This document shows positions 51,055-63,580 of a DNA stretch of 64,000 nucleotides, in pieces. The notes beneath the pieces are model-generated. The model ran no database searches. It saw only the letters and a list, made by a program, of their open reading frames with translations, and was not told the origin of the DNA. This DNA is from Octopus sinensis. Taxonomy: Eukaryota. The translations under genes and the position numbers were made by a program. How positions within the stretch are numbered: the first letter of the stretch is position 1; every line of letters begins with the position of its first letter. The stretch lies in contig NC_043000.1 in NCBI RefSeq assembly GCF_006345805.1, positions 124,806,001 to 124,870,000 on the forward strand, written 5' to 3'.

Positions 51055-52023
51055 TAGGGTTGTCCGGAAAGTCTGTGCTGATTTTTAGAGGAAAGAAAAA
51101 GGTGAATAAATACTTGCCATTACATTTTTAATCAACCAAATATGGACCATTTTGCTGCACAATGAATCTCCATCTTTCCTTTAACATGAAAATAACCACT
51201 TCCCAGAATTGAGGTGGTTTCATGGCAAAGAATTCATCAAGGTATCTTTTGACATCATCCAAGGAATTGAAATTTTTACCATTAAGACTATTCTGCAGAG
51301 ATCTGAATAGGCGCAGGAGTGGCTGTGTGGTAAGTAGCTTGCTAACCAACCACATGGTTCCGAGTTCAGTCCCACTGCGTGGCATCTTGGGCAAGTGTCT
51401 TCTGCTATAGCCTCGGGCCGACCCAAGCCTTGTGAGTGGATTTGGTAGACGGAAACTGAAAAAAGCCTGTCGTATATATGTATATATATATGTATGTGCA
51501 TGTGTGTGTTTGTGTGTCTGTGTTTGTCCCCCTAGCATTGCTTGACAACCGATGCTTACGTCCCTGTCACTTAGCGGTTCGGCAAAAGAGACCGATAGAA
51601 TAAGTACTGGGCTTACAAAGAATAAGTCCCGGGGTCGATTTGCTCGACTAAAGGCGGTGCTCCAGCATGGCCACAGTCAAATGACTGAAACAAGTAAACG
51701 AGTAAACGAGTAAGTGGAAATCTGAAGGAGCAATATCTGGTGAATATGGAGGGTGGGGTAGCACATCCCAGCCGAGCTGCAGCAATTTTTGTCTGGTTCC
51801 CAAAGCATCATGTGTTGAAAATGAACTTTCTTATATTCCATTTTAAAGGGTTACAGAATTAATACAGGTAATAGGAACATGAATCTTCTTCCACGCAAAG
51901 ATAGCTTAAACTGTGCTCTAAATGAAGGTGTAGTCAAATCCTATTTTATGGACTCAACCATGTTCTAAAATAAGTCAATAGGTAAGCTACTATAAATTGG
52001 CATGCACTTTCGGACAACTCAAT
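51055..52023 (-). mobile_element. second copy of the same deleted mariner, interrupted by an S1 SINE (51309-51713)
   Basis: TA-flanked TIRs TAGGGTTGTCCGGAAAG / CTTTCGGACAACTCAA; same deletion junction TTTGGGA|ACCAGAC. Confidence 0.9.
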
Positions 52024-52867
52024 ACAAAACAATATTTTTCACCCTGATCTTTACTTATTTCTTTATACTACAATGAATTTATTGACAAACTATTTTGATG
52101 CATAACGTATCTTTAACATTTTTTGGTCATATTCTTCTGCATGGACCATTTTATTGTTTGCAAGTTATTATTGAAATTCAATTTGCAGAAATACCATTTT
52201 TTTTCCTTTGGTACAAACATAAAAAAAAATTCCATCTTTAGAACAAATATTCAAAAAAAAAAAAAGAATATTCTGTCAACATTGTTTCATGCACAAAGTG
52301 TAAAGGTTATAAGTTTTTAAGTGAGTGGGATGCAAAATGCAATTGTGTGCGTACTCAGGTAGAACATGCACTCATCCACATGTCAAAACGAAAAAAATAA
52401 AGAAAAATAAAGGAAGAAAGAAGGCAGATGTTCTCTAAGAACAGGAAGTTAAACATGAAATTGATTAATTTTTCTCTTAAGAATTATACAACTACTAGAT
52501 GAAGTATTCCAGTGCAAGTGGAAGTTCGTCAGATGCTCGTAGTTGCTAATGGTGACCAAGCCACAAATATAAACTACTGCATATTAATTGATTAAAGCAT
52601 CCATGTAAAAAAAACAAAAAATAAAAAAAGTATACATCCATACAAAAATAAATATAATTTTAACTGAAACCATCCTAGTTAAGTAACAGAGTACTTTGCT
52701 ATAAATTTACCTTTAATGATTCACTAGAAACTGAATTATCCATAAAAATATTCTCTTGTGTATCCTGACTAATTGGAAATAATTGTGTAAAAGCAAACCA
52801 TGACTCAAAATTACTTTTGTATCTCAGACACTGATATAATAATTACTGTTGTTGTTATTATTACCAA

Positions 52868-53880
52868 ACCAATGACGGTGAACTGGTAGAATCATTAGCA
52901 TGCCAGACAAAATGCTTAGTGGCATTTCTTCTGGTACTCTATGTTCTAAGTTCAAATGCTGCCAGGGTTGACTTTGCCTTTCATCCTTTTGGGGTCCATA
53001 AAATATGCACCAGTTGAACACTGATGTCAATCTAACCGATTAGCAAGGCGGCGAGCTGGGCGAAATGCTTAGTGGTATTTCGTCTGTCTTTCATTCTGAG
53101 TTCAAATTCTGCCGAGGTCAACTTTGCCTTTCATCCTTTTGGGGTTGATAAATTAAATACCAGTTGTGTACTGGAGTTGATCTAATCGACTGGCCCCTTC
53201 CCCCCAAATTTCGGGCCTTGTGCCTAGAGCAGAAAAGATTAATAGCAGAAGTAAGGCAGCAAGCTGACAGAAATGTTAGCACGCCGGGCAAAATGCTTAG
53301 CGGTATTTCATCTACTGTTACGGTCTGAGTTCAAATTCTGCCGAGGTCGACTTTGCCCTTCATCCTTTTGGGGTCGATTAAATAAGTACCAGTTACGCAC
53401 TGGGGTTAATATAATCAACTTAATCCGTTTGTCTGTCCTTGTTTGTCCTCTCTGTGTTTAGCCCCTTGTGGGTAGTAAAGAAATAGGTATTTTGTCTGCT
53501 GTTATGTTCTGAGTTCAAATTCCGCCGAGGTCGACCTTGCCTTTCATCCTTTCGGGGTCGATAAACTAAGTACCACTTATGCACTGGGGTCGATGTAATC
53601 AACTTAATTCCTTTATCTGTCCTTGTTTGTCCCCTCTATGATTAGCCTCTTGTGGGCAATAAAGAAATACGAAACGTTAGCACACTGGGCTAAATGCTTA
53701 GTGGTATTTTATTTCTCTTTACATTCTGAGTTCATATTCCGCTGAGGTCGACTTTGCCTTTCATCTTTTGTGGTTGATAAATTAAGTACCAGTTGTGTAC
53801 TGGGAGTGATCTAATCGACTGACCCCCTCCCTCAAAATTTCAGGCCTTGTGCCTATAGTGGAAAGGATTATTGTTATTAT
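52868..53880 (+). mobile_element. S2 SINE pile-up (at least 5 heads or units)
   Basis: Repeated GAGTTCAAAT B boxes; 184-bp spacing between 53302 and 53486. Confidence 0.85.
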
Positions 53881-54220
53881 TGAGTGAGAGAGCAGTGCAT
53901 GCCATCAAAGGGACACTGAGGTAAAATATATGAAGCCTGGTATACTCATCATGACTACACGTCTGATAAGGGTACACCAGGCACATGCATCACAACCAAA
54001 TGTGCACAACATAGTGATCTTACATCAAGATAAAAAGTGCATGACCTTTCAGGTAGGGACCAGTTAGAATTTTTTTCAGGTTGAGTCACCCATCCCTCTC
54101 AAAAGATCCTTGAATAATGGTTGTTTAAGGATGTTGAATGAAACACCCATGTTTCCAAAGGTGAATTATCCAAACCCCAAATAATTCCTTTCAACACAAG
54201 GCTATGATGCTTCTCCACTA
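53878..54220 (-). mobile_element. non-coding (TAA)n-tailed repeat family N, 3' part
   Basis: Homologous to 56390-56932; minus-strand 3' end CACTGCTCTCTCACTCAATAATAA. Confidence 0.75.
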
Positions 54221-54221
54221 T

Positions 54222-54222
54222 G

Positions 54223-54282
<60 letters not shown>

Positions 54283-54311
54283 ATTATTATTATTAATATT
54301 ATTATTATTAA

Positions 54312-54351
<40 letters not shown>

Positions 54352-54429
54352 TATTATTATTATTAATATTATTATTATTATTATTATTATTATATTATTA
54401 TTATTATTATCATCATTATTATTATTATT
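54222..54429. repeat. (ATT)n microsatellite
   Basis: About 200 bp of ATT with few interruptions. Confidence 0.95.
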
Positions 54430-55431
54430 CCTTCGTAATACAGTGTAGGTAAAAATGCACCGGAATCTTTAGTCATCTGTCAAGTCACAACAAAGACCTC
54501 AGACAGATAATAATTTCCTTAAGATGAGCTCTGTGCCCAATAAGGCTGCTTTTTGCAAGACATCAATCTTGCTTGGGATTTCCAGTTGCCTTAAGAAATC
54601 TTGAAGTTTCAATGGGATTGAGCCCAATACTTCGATTACCACTTTTACATTACCCTCTTGCATTCCATACATCGTGCCATTTCCAATTTCAATTCGGAGT
54701 ACTTAGTGATTTTTTTCAACCTCTTGGCTCACAACATTCATGTCATTTGGTATGGCTACATCAATGATCTGACAGTATTTGTCTCTCTTATTCAATATGA
54801 CAATATCCAGCCGATGGTGTTCAATCACACAATCTGTCTGAAAATCATAGCCCCAGAGTAGTGTTACTTTTCCATCCTCCTGCATAACTTTACTTGGTAC
54901 ATGCTCATACCAGTTCTCTGTTACTTCATATTGGTATTTACGGCATATGAACCAATAAAGATACTTTATTGTGGCAGTGCTCGTATTCTTTTTGTGCAAG
55001 GCTCTCACATTTTCCACTCTTTGCACAGAGTCTGCATTTTTGGGTGTCTCTGAATTGATAGCGAGAGCCTGGTCTTGTGCAGCAATGATCAGGGTTTCGG
55101 AGGTATGCTTCAAATCACCTCACTCAAGCCATGTTCACGATACTATATTATCCTTAACATCTTGCGTATTCCTTTTAAACTGTCCATGCATTCTCATTTC
55201 AAGAAGGTTTTCTTTTCTCTTCTCCTCAGCTCTTTGGTTAAACTCTTCCTTGCCCATCATTTCATCTGCATTTACATCCATATCTTTCACAGCATATTGC
55301 ATCAGGTCTTCATTACTATTTATCAAATACTCGGCAAGCGTTCTCATTTCCCTCCTTATACAATGGTCTATACTAATTAATCCTCTGCCACCATTCTTTC
55401 TTTTCATATACCTTTTATTGCAACAACACAA
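54430..55431 (-). mobile_element. 5'-truncated RLE-type LINE (R4/Dong-like), decayed
   Basis: GGRGL, LHG-like MHGQF, ETLIIAAQDQAL, damaged CCHC knuckle, RLE motifs R(L)D..IIDVAIP..EK, LLGTELILRKLLSV* (stop 54499-54501); frameshifted; 3' end joins (TAA)n. Confidence 0.88.
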
Positions 55432-56329
55432 TTAAATGCATGATAAAGTTTTAAAAAATGTACAATAATATAAAAAAAAATTAAGGAGGTATATATAAAA
55501 ACTGCACAATTACAAACGCTGTAAACCACAGTAAAATTTATAAAAATGGAAAGGAAGAAAAAAAACCCCCAAAAAATTCAGAAATTCAAAAATTCAATGA
55601 TGTGAACATCAGTATTCCAGAGGTGAGTTATTCAAACCCCAAAGAATTCCTTTCATCACATGGCTATGATGCTCCCCCAATACTTCTGCTAGTAATCAGA
55701 GATGCACATATTGTCAGCCACTAAGGGACATGCTCAACTGGTTAAGGTCAAACAACTGACAAGCAAATCTGTGGTATTGTGCAGAATATTTGATGTAGCC
55801 CATCTTTTATACCAAGATAAAACAATGTACATGATAACACTTCCAATCAGTTAAGATAAGAAGCCATGTGGGTCACTGCCTGGTACTGTATCAGGGCAAG
55901 AATTCCTCTCAACACATGGCTATGATGCTTCCCTGCTACTTCTTCTTGTGATCAGAGATGCACATATTGTCAGCCACTAAGGGACATGCTCAACTGATTA
56001 TACTAATGTATGCTAATTTAGTGAGCATTTCATCTTGATGTTTGGTGACAACAAGTCCTCTCAATTCTTGAAGATTTCCTTTGGATTCTTACAGAATATT
56101 AGATGGTACTTTTCTGCAGGTTGACAATGTGCATTTCAATTTCAATCTCTTTCTGTTTTTAAGGTAGCATTTAAGGTTTTGAGCCAAGTAAACCAATTAT
56201 TACAGGAATAATTGTTGTTTTGGTTTTCCACAGTCTCCTCAGCCCTCTGGTTATATTCTGACATTTCTAAATTTTTTCAATTTCTATGATATTAACTCTG
56301 CTATCACAAGGAATTGCAAATCTAATGAT

Positions 56330-56362
<33 letters not shown>

Positions 56363-56389
56363 AATAATAATAATAATTATCTTTATTAT

Positions 56390-56932
56390 TATTGAGTGAG
56401 AGAGCAGTGCATGCCATCAAAGTGACACCTAGGTAAAATATATGAAGCCCAGAATACCCATCATGACTACCCGTCTGATAAGGATACACCAGGCACATGC
56501 ATTACAACCATATGTGCGTGACATGGTGATCTTATATCAAGATAAACAGTGCATGACCTTGCAGGTGGGGCCCAGTTAGAATTTTCTTCTGGTCAAGTAG
56601 CCCATGCCGCTCAAAAGGTCCCTGAAAAAGGATTAAGGATGTTGAATGAACCACCCATGTTTCCAAAGGTGAATTATCCAAACCTCTAAGAATTTCTTTC
56701 AACACATGGCTATGATGCACCCCCAATACTTCTGCTTGTGGTCAGAGATGCACATATCATTAGCCACTAAGGGACATGGTCAACTGGTTAAGGTCAAACA
56801 ACTGACAAGCAAATCTGTGGTATTAAGCAGAATATTTGATGTAGCCCATCTTTTATACCAAGACAAAACAATGTACATGATAACACTTCCAATCAGTTAA
56901 AATCAGAAGCCATGACAGCCACTGTCTGGTAC
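56390..56932 (-). mobile_element. apparently full-length family N element (~540 bp) in (TAA)n
   Basis: TAT repeats on both sides; further partial copies at 55610-55995 and 56968-57047; no tRNA head and no convincing ORF. Confidence 0.75.
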
Positions 56933-57069
56933 TTGTTATTATTATTATTATTGTTGTTGTTGTTGTTGAATAAGAGAGCAGTGCATGCCATCAAAGTGAC
57001 ACTGGGGTAAAATATATGAAGCCCAGTATACCCGTCTGATAAGGGTTATTATCATTATTATTATTATTA

Positions 57070-58420
57070 CTTTTTTTTTTCTTCTTTCAAATTTGCTTCC
57101 ATTTCTTGCCGAGTATCTTCCCGACTCCTAGGGCAAAGAAACTCATAGTATACAATGGTAGGCCATTAAACCAAACTCAGTAGTTCGTTCATTTTTTTTT
57201 TTTTTTGGTAGGCCATTAAACCAAACTCAATAGTTCGTTCATTTTTTTTTTTTTTAAGTTAATTAAAATACATGAGCAGCAACAGTTCTCACATCGACAA
57301 TGCTCTTCTCAATACGTGTGATGTACCAGTTAAGACAATCTTTTGCACTTCTTGCAGGGATGGTAAGCCAGGGATCATTCCCATATAATTTTCGGTTCCC
57401 TTCTTGATCATTCCTAGTGCTCCTACGATCACTGGTATTGTAACCGCCTTGAGATGCCACATTTTCTCAATTTCAATGAGTAGGTCTTTATATTTTCTGA
57501 GCTTGTCAAACTCTTTCGCTGAGATATTATGATCACAGGGGATGCTCATGTCGATCAATAAGCAAACTTTATTGTTTTGGTCTTTCACAACAATATCTGG
57601 TTTATTGGCCTTGATGGTTCGGTCTGTATGTACTGGAAAGTCCCACAGAATGGTTACATTTTCTCCTTCAGTTACAGCCTCAGGGTGGTGATTATACCAC
57701 TTGTCGGCAGTTTTGATATTGTAATGCCGACTTATTAGCCAGTGGAGATATTGGCCAACTCTGTCATGTCTTAATTTATACTCCACTGGTGTTAAGACTT
57801 TACATCCAGAGATTAGGTGGTCCACTGTTTCAATCATGTCGTTGCAGAATCGGCATTTTTGTCTGCTCCATTTTTCATCACATTGGCCTGGTAGTTCTGG
57901 GTTAATAGGCTTTGATCTTGAGCAGCCAGGATGAAACCTTCGCTCTCTGCTTTTAGCCCTGAGCTCCGTAGCCACTGATGGGTTTGCTTCTGGTCAACAT
58001 CAGCTTGTTTGCTGCGGGTCACATATTTGCCGTGCAGAGGTTTTCTCCTCCCACCTATCAGCCAATTGCTCGTGGCGCTTTTTTCATTGCCATCATTTTC
58101 ACCTTCTTTGCAACAATAGTTGCCGTACTTCCCTCGGGTTGTTCAGTTTGGGTATCCTGCACGAGATCAATAGCAAATTTTTTGCTTTCCTTTATGATAG
58201 AATGAAGCTTCTTTCGTCTCTCGTGATTTTCCACGAGCTTTAGCATCCAGTCATTCGATATTTCGAGATATTTGGCCAGTCCAATTGTGGTTGTTTTGTA
58301 AGCTAGTTCAAATTGGATCAGGCCTCGACCTCCTTGGGCTCTGGGAAGGTAAAGGCGATCTACATCTGCCTTTGGGTGGTGCATCCTATTACAACTCAGC
58401 AGCTTGCGTATTTTCCTATC
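57070..58420 (-). mobile_element. 5'-truncated RLE-type LINE (R4/Dong-like) in (TAA)n
   Basis: MHHPKADVDRLYLPRAQGGRGL, SEGFILAAQDQSL, CRFC-X7-H-X4-C knuckle, RHD, KPD..LIDMSIP..K..KY RLE motifs, GALG, RRALSM*; two frameshifts; poly(A) then (TAA)n; 5' junction at 58420. Confidence 0.92.
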
Positions 58421-58499
<79 letters not shown>

Positions 58500-58504
58500 A
58501 ATTA

Positions 58505-58540
<36 letters not shown>
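58421..58540. repeat. (ATT)n microsatellite between the RLE LINE and the RTE LINE
   Basis: Direct reading. Confidence 0.95.
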
Positions 58541-58541
<1 letters not shown>

Positions 58542-59785
58542 GGCCTCTCGCTCAGAGTAAAAGGCAGACAGTATGATGCATGTGTACGAACAGCCATGCT
58601 ACATGGCAGTGAAACATGGGCCGTGACTGCTGAGGACATGCGTAAGCTTGCGAGGAATGAAGCCAGTATGCTCCGATGGATGTGTAATGTCAGTGTTCAT
58701 ACTCGACAGAGCGTTAGTACCCTGAGAGAAATGTTGGACCTAAGAAGCATCAGTTGTGGTGTGCAAGAGAGATGATTGCGCTGGTATGGTCATGTGGTGA
58801 GAATGGATGAAGATAGGTGTGTGAAAAAGTGCCAATCCCTAGCAGTTGAGGGAACCCGTTGAAGAGGTAGACCCAGGAAAACCTGGGATGAGGTGGTGAA
58901 GCACGACCTTCGAACCTTGGGTCTCACTGAGGAAATGACCAGCGACCGAGACCTTTGGAAATATGCTGTGCGTGAGAAGACCAGGCGGGACAAGTGAGTC
59001 CAGCCCACTTATGCATGCCTTTCCCCCCTTGGACACACAAAGACCTGTTGAGGCAAGCGAAGTCGATATCGACACACAAAGACCTGTTGAGGCAAGCGAA
59101 GTCGATATCGACACACAAAGACCTGTTGAGGCAAGCGAAGTCGATATCGAACCTTATCCGACGACAGGCACCTATGGCAACCCCCCTTGCTTGCGAAGAC
59201 CTGTTGGGGTAAGTGAAATCGAAATCGAAATCGAAATTGAACCAATCCTATGACTAGCACCTGGCAGATTCCAGGGCCCTGGGACTGGAGGTACGTAAAA
59301 AGCACTATCTGAATTGTGGCCGATGCAAGCGCTGCCTCGACTGGCTTCCGTGTTGGTGGCATGTAAAAAGCACCATCCGAATCATAGCCGAAGCCAGTGC
59401 CGCCTCGACTGGCTTCCATAAAATGCACCATCCGAATTGTGGCCAATGTCAGCGCTGCCTCGACTGGCTTCCGTGTCTGTGGCACGTAAAAAGCACCATC
59501 CGAATCGTAGCCGAAGCCAGTGCCGCCTTGACTGGCTTCCATAAAATGCACCAATCCAACCGTGGCCGATGCCAGCCTCGCCTGGCACCAGTGCAGGTGG
59601 CATGTAAAAAGCACCCACTACACTCACGGAGTGGTTGGCGTTAGGAAGGGCATCCAGCTGTAGAAACTTTGCCAGATAAGACCGGAGCCTGGTGCAGCCT
59701 TCTGGCTTCCCAGATCCCCGGTCGAACCGTCCAACCCATGCTAGCATGGAGAACGGACATTAAACGATGATGATGATGATGATGA
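58541..59785 (+). mobile_element. 5'-truncated RTE LINE with a VNTR-rich 3' UTR
   Basis: RT C-terminus (GRQYDACVRTAMLHGSETWAVTAEDMRKLARNEASMLRWMC..WYGHV) to the stop at 58995-58997; 3 x 39-bp repeat from 59032; ~60-bp repeats; (GAT)n tail. Confidence 0.9.
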
Positions 59786-59974
59786 ATTGTTAGCATGCTG
59801 GTTAAAGTGCTTAGTGGTGTTTGGTCCATCTTCACATTCTGGGTTCAAATTCCAATGAGTTTGGCTTTGTCTTTTATCCTTTCAAGGTCGATAAATTAAG
59901 TACTTAGGTTGGTGGATTGGTAGGAACAGCAGGGAATTTGAGAAAATACCTTGTGGTGTATAGTAAAAAAAGGG

Positions 59975-60310
59975 TAAAGACCCCTTCAGTCATGGATGAC
60001 CATGGGATTGTATCGAGAAGGTTCTCCTCCAAGGCAGAGATCCAGGCAAGGTTGTTTATGGAAGATCAGCAGACACTCATGCATACCAGCCTTGTCTCTC
60101 CTTGCTACCGATGTCATCCAAGAGAAAGACAAAGCCTGATACAACTTGGCACCAGTGATGTCACAACTCATTTCTACAGCAGAGTGAACTGGAGCAACGT
60201 GAAATAAAGTGTCTTGCTCAAGAACACAACATGCAGCCCAGTCCAGGAATTGAACTCACTACCTCATGATTGTGTACCCAATGCTCTAACCATTGAGCCA
60301 TGCACCTTCA
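59975..60310 (-). mobile_element. S4 CORE-like SINE
   Basis: Homologous to 6605-6920. Confidence 0.8.
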
Positions 60311-61123
60311 CTGGTGTATAGTAACATCTCTTTATGGTCTGTGTTCAAATTCCACTGAGGTCAACATTTCTTTTATCCATCCAAAGTTGATAAAAAATAT
60401 CAATAAAGTAATGGGTGGAGTTTATTGTAATCAAATGCACCCTCCTTATCTGTTAAATTAAGAACTGTTGGATGAAGCAGTGAGAAAGGATCTTCAGACA
60501 GTGGGCCGCACTGAAGAGATGACAAGGGGCTGGGAGTCGTGACAATTTGCTGTCAGTGAGAAGACATACCAAGCAAGTATAATCATGGCCATTCATACAT
60601 AGAGGCTCCCACTCTCTTTCCCAGATGAGGGGTCTTTGCCTTACAGGTGCTGGTGCCACATAAAATGCACTCATGTGGTGTCATGTAAAAGTGTCCATGT
60701 GGTTCCACATAAAAGCAGCCATGCAGTGCCATGGAAAAGTGCCCATGTGGCACCATATAAAGTGTCCATGTGGCGCCATGTGAAAGCACACTCTGTAAAG
60801 TGATTGGCATGTAAAAAGCACCCAGTACACTCTGTAAAGGGGTTGGCATTAGGAAGGGCACCCAGCCATAGAAACCATGCCAAAACAGACAATTGGAGCC
60901 TAGACATCTCCCTGGTTGACCAGCTCCTATCAAACCATCAAACCCATGCCAGCATGGAAAACGGACGTTAAACAATGATAATAATGATGATGATGATGAT
61001 GATGATGATTATAATGATGATGATGAGTTGTCAGATGAATTTGCTTGTTTGTTTTTTTTTCACATTTATTTTAATCTTTTCTAATGCAAATTAACACAAA
61101 AAATATTTTCATCGCAGTTTTAA

Positions 61124-61341
61124 CCCTTTAGCATTCAGGTTATTCTGTCAAATGTGATGCTTATTTATTGACATTGTTTTAGATTAGTCATGCATTATCT
61201 CATACCTGTGAGATGTAAATGATGGAATTTGTATTTCTAGAATGGCATTGTAGAGTCAGTGTGAGAGGCCAGACCCGGCCTGTTTGAAAATAAAACAAGT
61301 AGAGTATTTTGGCTGGATATGGTCAGTTTAAAGGCTAAGGG
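61124..61341. mobile_element. piggyBac-type MITE
   Basis: TTAA at 61120-61123 and 61342-61345; termini CCCTTTAGC / GCTAAGGG. Related ends at about 3925, 23891, 24183 and 63971. Confidence 0.7.
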
Positions 61342-61689
61342 TTAATGGTCTTGTGTAGCTCTATTCTTCCGCTATTATCTCATATTGGTCTTGTCTATTC
61401 TTCGTCTACTTATCTCTTATCAGTCTCGTCAGCCACCATCAGAAACAATGTACTTGAGACAGAAGAGGATAAATGTGTTGAACTGATGTTGTCATCATCT
61501 TTGATAAACTGTCATAAGCTATATAAGCTTCCTCTACAATTAATGCTTATCGTTTTTGAAATTTGAATAAATTTTATCCTTTTTCAGACTTATGATGATG
61601 GAATGGCAAATAGAAGACAGAAAAAAAAACACCCCTTCACTGCAACAAAAAAAAAAAAACAGTTTAATCTGAAACCACATTAACAGAAT

Positions 61690-62000
61690 TGTTGGTGTTG
61701 TTTGTTCCTTCTCGAGCCATGCCTGGCTCACAAGGGCCGGTTTCCCGGTTTCCTTGGCGTATAGGTTCCCCACCTAGACAGGACACCGGTCCGTCGCAGG
61801 TGAGCTGCAAGATGCAGGAGGAAAGAGCGAGAGAAAGTTGTGGTGAAAGAATCAGCAGAAATTCGCCATTACCTTCTACTGGAGCCACGTGGAGCTTAGG
61901 TGTTTCGCTCATAAACACACACATTACCCAGTCTGAGATTCGAACCCGCGATCCCTCGACCGCGAGTCCACTGCTCTAACCACTAGGCCATGTGCCTCCA
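61690..62000 (-). mobile_element. tRNA-derived SINE (fifth family)
   Basis: Minus strand GGCCTAGTGGTTAGAGCAGTGGACTCGCGGTCGAGGGATCGCGGGTTCGAATC has A and B boxes, followed by a ~250-bp body. Confidence 0.8.
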
Positions 62001-62409
62001 CAAACAAAATTGTTAGTGCTGCACAAAATATTTCATGTTATTCCATTACAACTCTTTAAGTTCTGAGTTCAAACTTGGAGGAGGTCAACCTTACCTTTTA
62101 TCTTGCCGCAGTCAATAAAACAAGTACCAGACACGTACTGGAATCAATCATTATAAATCGATTCTTCAGTGCTAAAAAAAGATTTCTATCCTTGTGCTTA
62201 TGTTAGAAAACTTTATTACTACAACAATGATGAACCACATATTTCTTGAAGCTATTATTCTGAAAAAGTCTGCAGAACATTATATGTCTACTCATTGTTG
62301 CCATGTATTATTTAACCAGTAAATATTAATTCTTTTGATCAAAGTATTTTACGTCCATAAATTCCTCTATTATCATTGCCATCTATTACCAGCACCTTTT
62401 CATCCCAGA

Positions 62410-62590
62410 CATTCTCCACACACATACATATATACATGAATACATGAATACACACATACGTATTTACATACATACATAGCTACATACATACATACATACA
62501 TACATACATACATACATACATACATACATACATGCATGCATACATATTCATGCGTACATACACACACACATACATGCATGCATACATACA

Positions 62591-62624
<34 letters not shown>

Positions 62625-63020
62625 CAAACACACACACACACAAACATACATAAATTCAAACATACATACTGACACACACACACAAATATACATACATGCA
62701 ATACTTACACACAAACACACAAACATACATACATACATACATACATACACACATGCACACACACATACATATATATAGGCACACACACAAACATACATAC
62801 AAACATACATACATATATACATACACATACATACACACATACGGACACATGCATACATGCACACACACACATATAACCACACACATACATAAACACATAC
62901 ATACATACATATACACACACATACCTGCATACATATATATAAATACTTATACACATACACACGCACACACGTACACACACTCACTCTCTCTCACTCTCAC
63001 ACACGCACACATACACACAT
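62410..63020. repeat. (CATA)n/(CA)n compound microsatellite
   Basis: Direct reading. Confidence 0.95.
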
Positions 63021-63134
63021 ACAGTTTTGATTATCATGCCTCATATACTTAATTACTTGATAAACATTTCTCTTTGTTTTTCAAATTCACCTCATTAAAT
63101 GCTGCATATTATAAAGATTACTATCTTTTTCACT

Positions 63135-63580
63135 AGCCATCATCATTGTTGTTATCAGCACCACCGACACCACCCCATCTGCCACCATCACCATCATCAC
63201 TACTACCACTACCACCACTACCAAAATCACACCCACCACCACCACCACCACCACCACCACCACCACCACCACTACTACTGCCACCACCATCATTACTACC
63301 ACTACTGCCACCATCACCATCATCACTACTACAGCTACCACCACCAACATCACCACCAACATCACCACCACCACCATCATCACTACGACTACTGCACCAC
63401 CACCATCACCATCATCACTACTACTGCTACAACCACTACCAAAATCATACCCACCACCACCACTACCATTACTGCCATCATCACCATCATCACTACTACC
63501 GCTACCACCACTACCAAAATCATACCCACCACCACCACCACCACTAATACCACCACCATCATCACTACTATCACCACCTT
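63135..63580. repeat. (CAC/CAT/TAC)n trinucleotide tract with higher-order duplication
   Basis: The block ACCACTACCAAAATCA(C/T)ACCCACCACC recurs three times. Confidence 0.9.

Noticed and set aside
57157-57256. 50-bp tandem duplication in the RLE 3' UTR
   Set aside because: Bounded by poly(T) runs; likely slippage or an assembly artefact, with no functional signal.
59032-59150. 3 x 39-bp direct repeat as a CRISPR array
   Set aside because: Repeats are contiguous with no spacers, lie in an RTE 3' UTR, and there are no cas genes; the context is eukaryotic.
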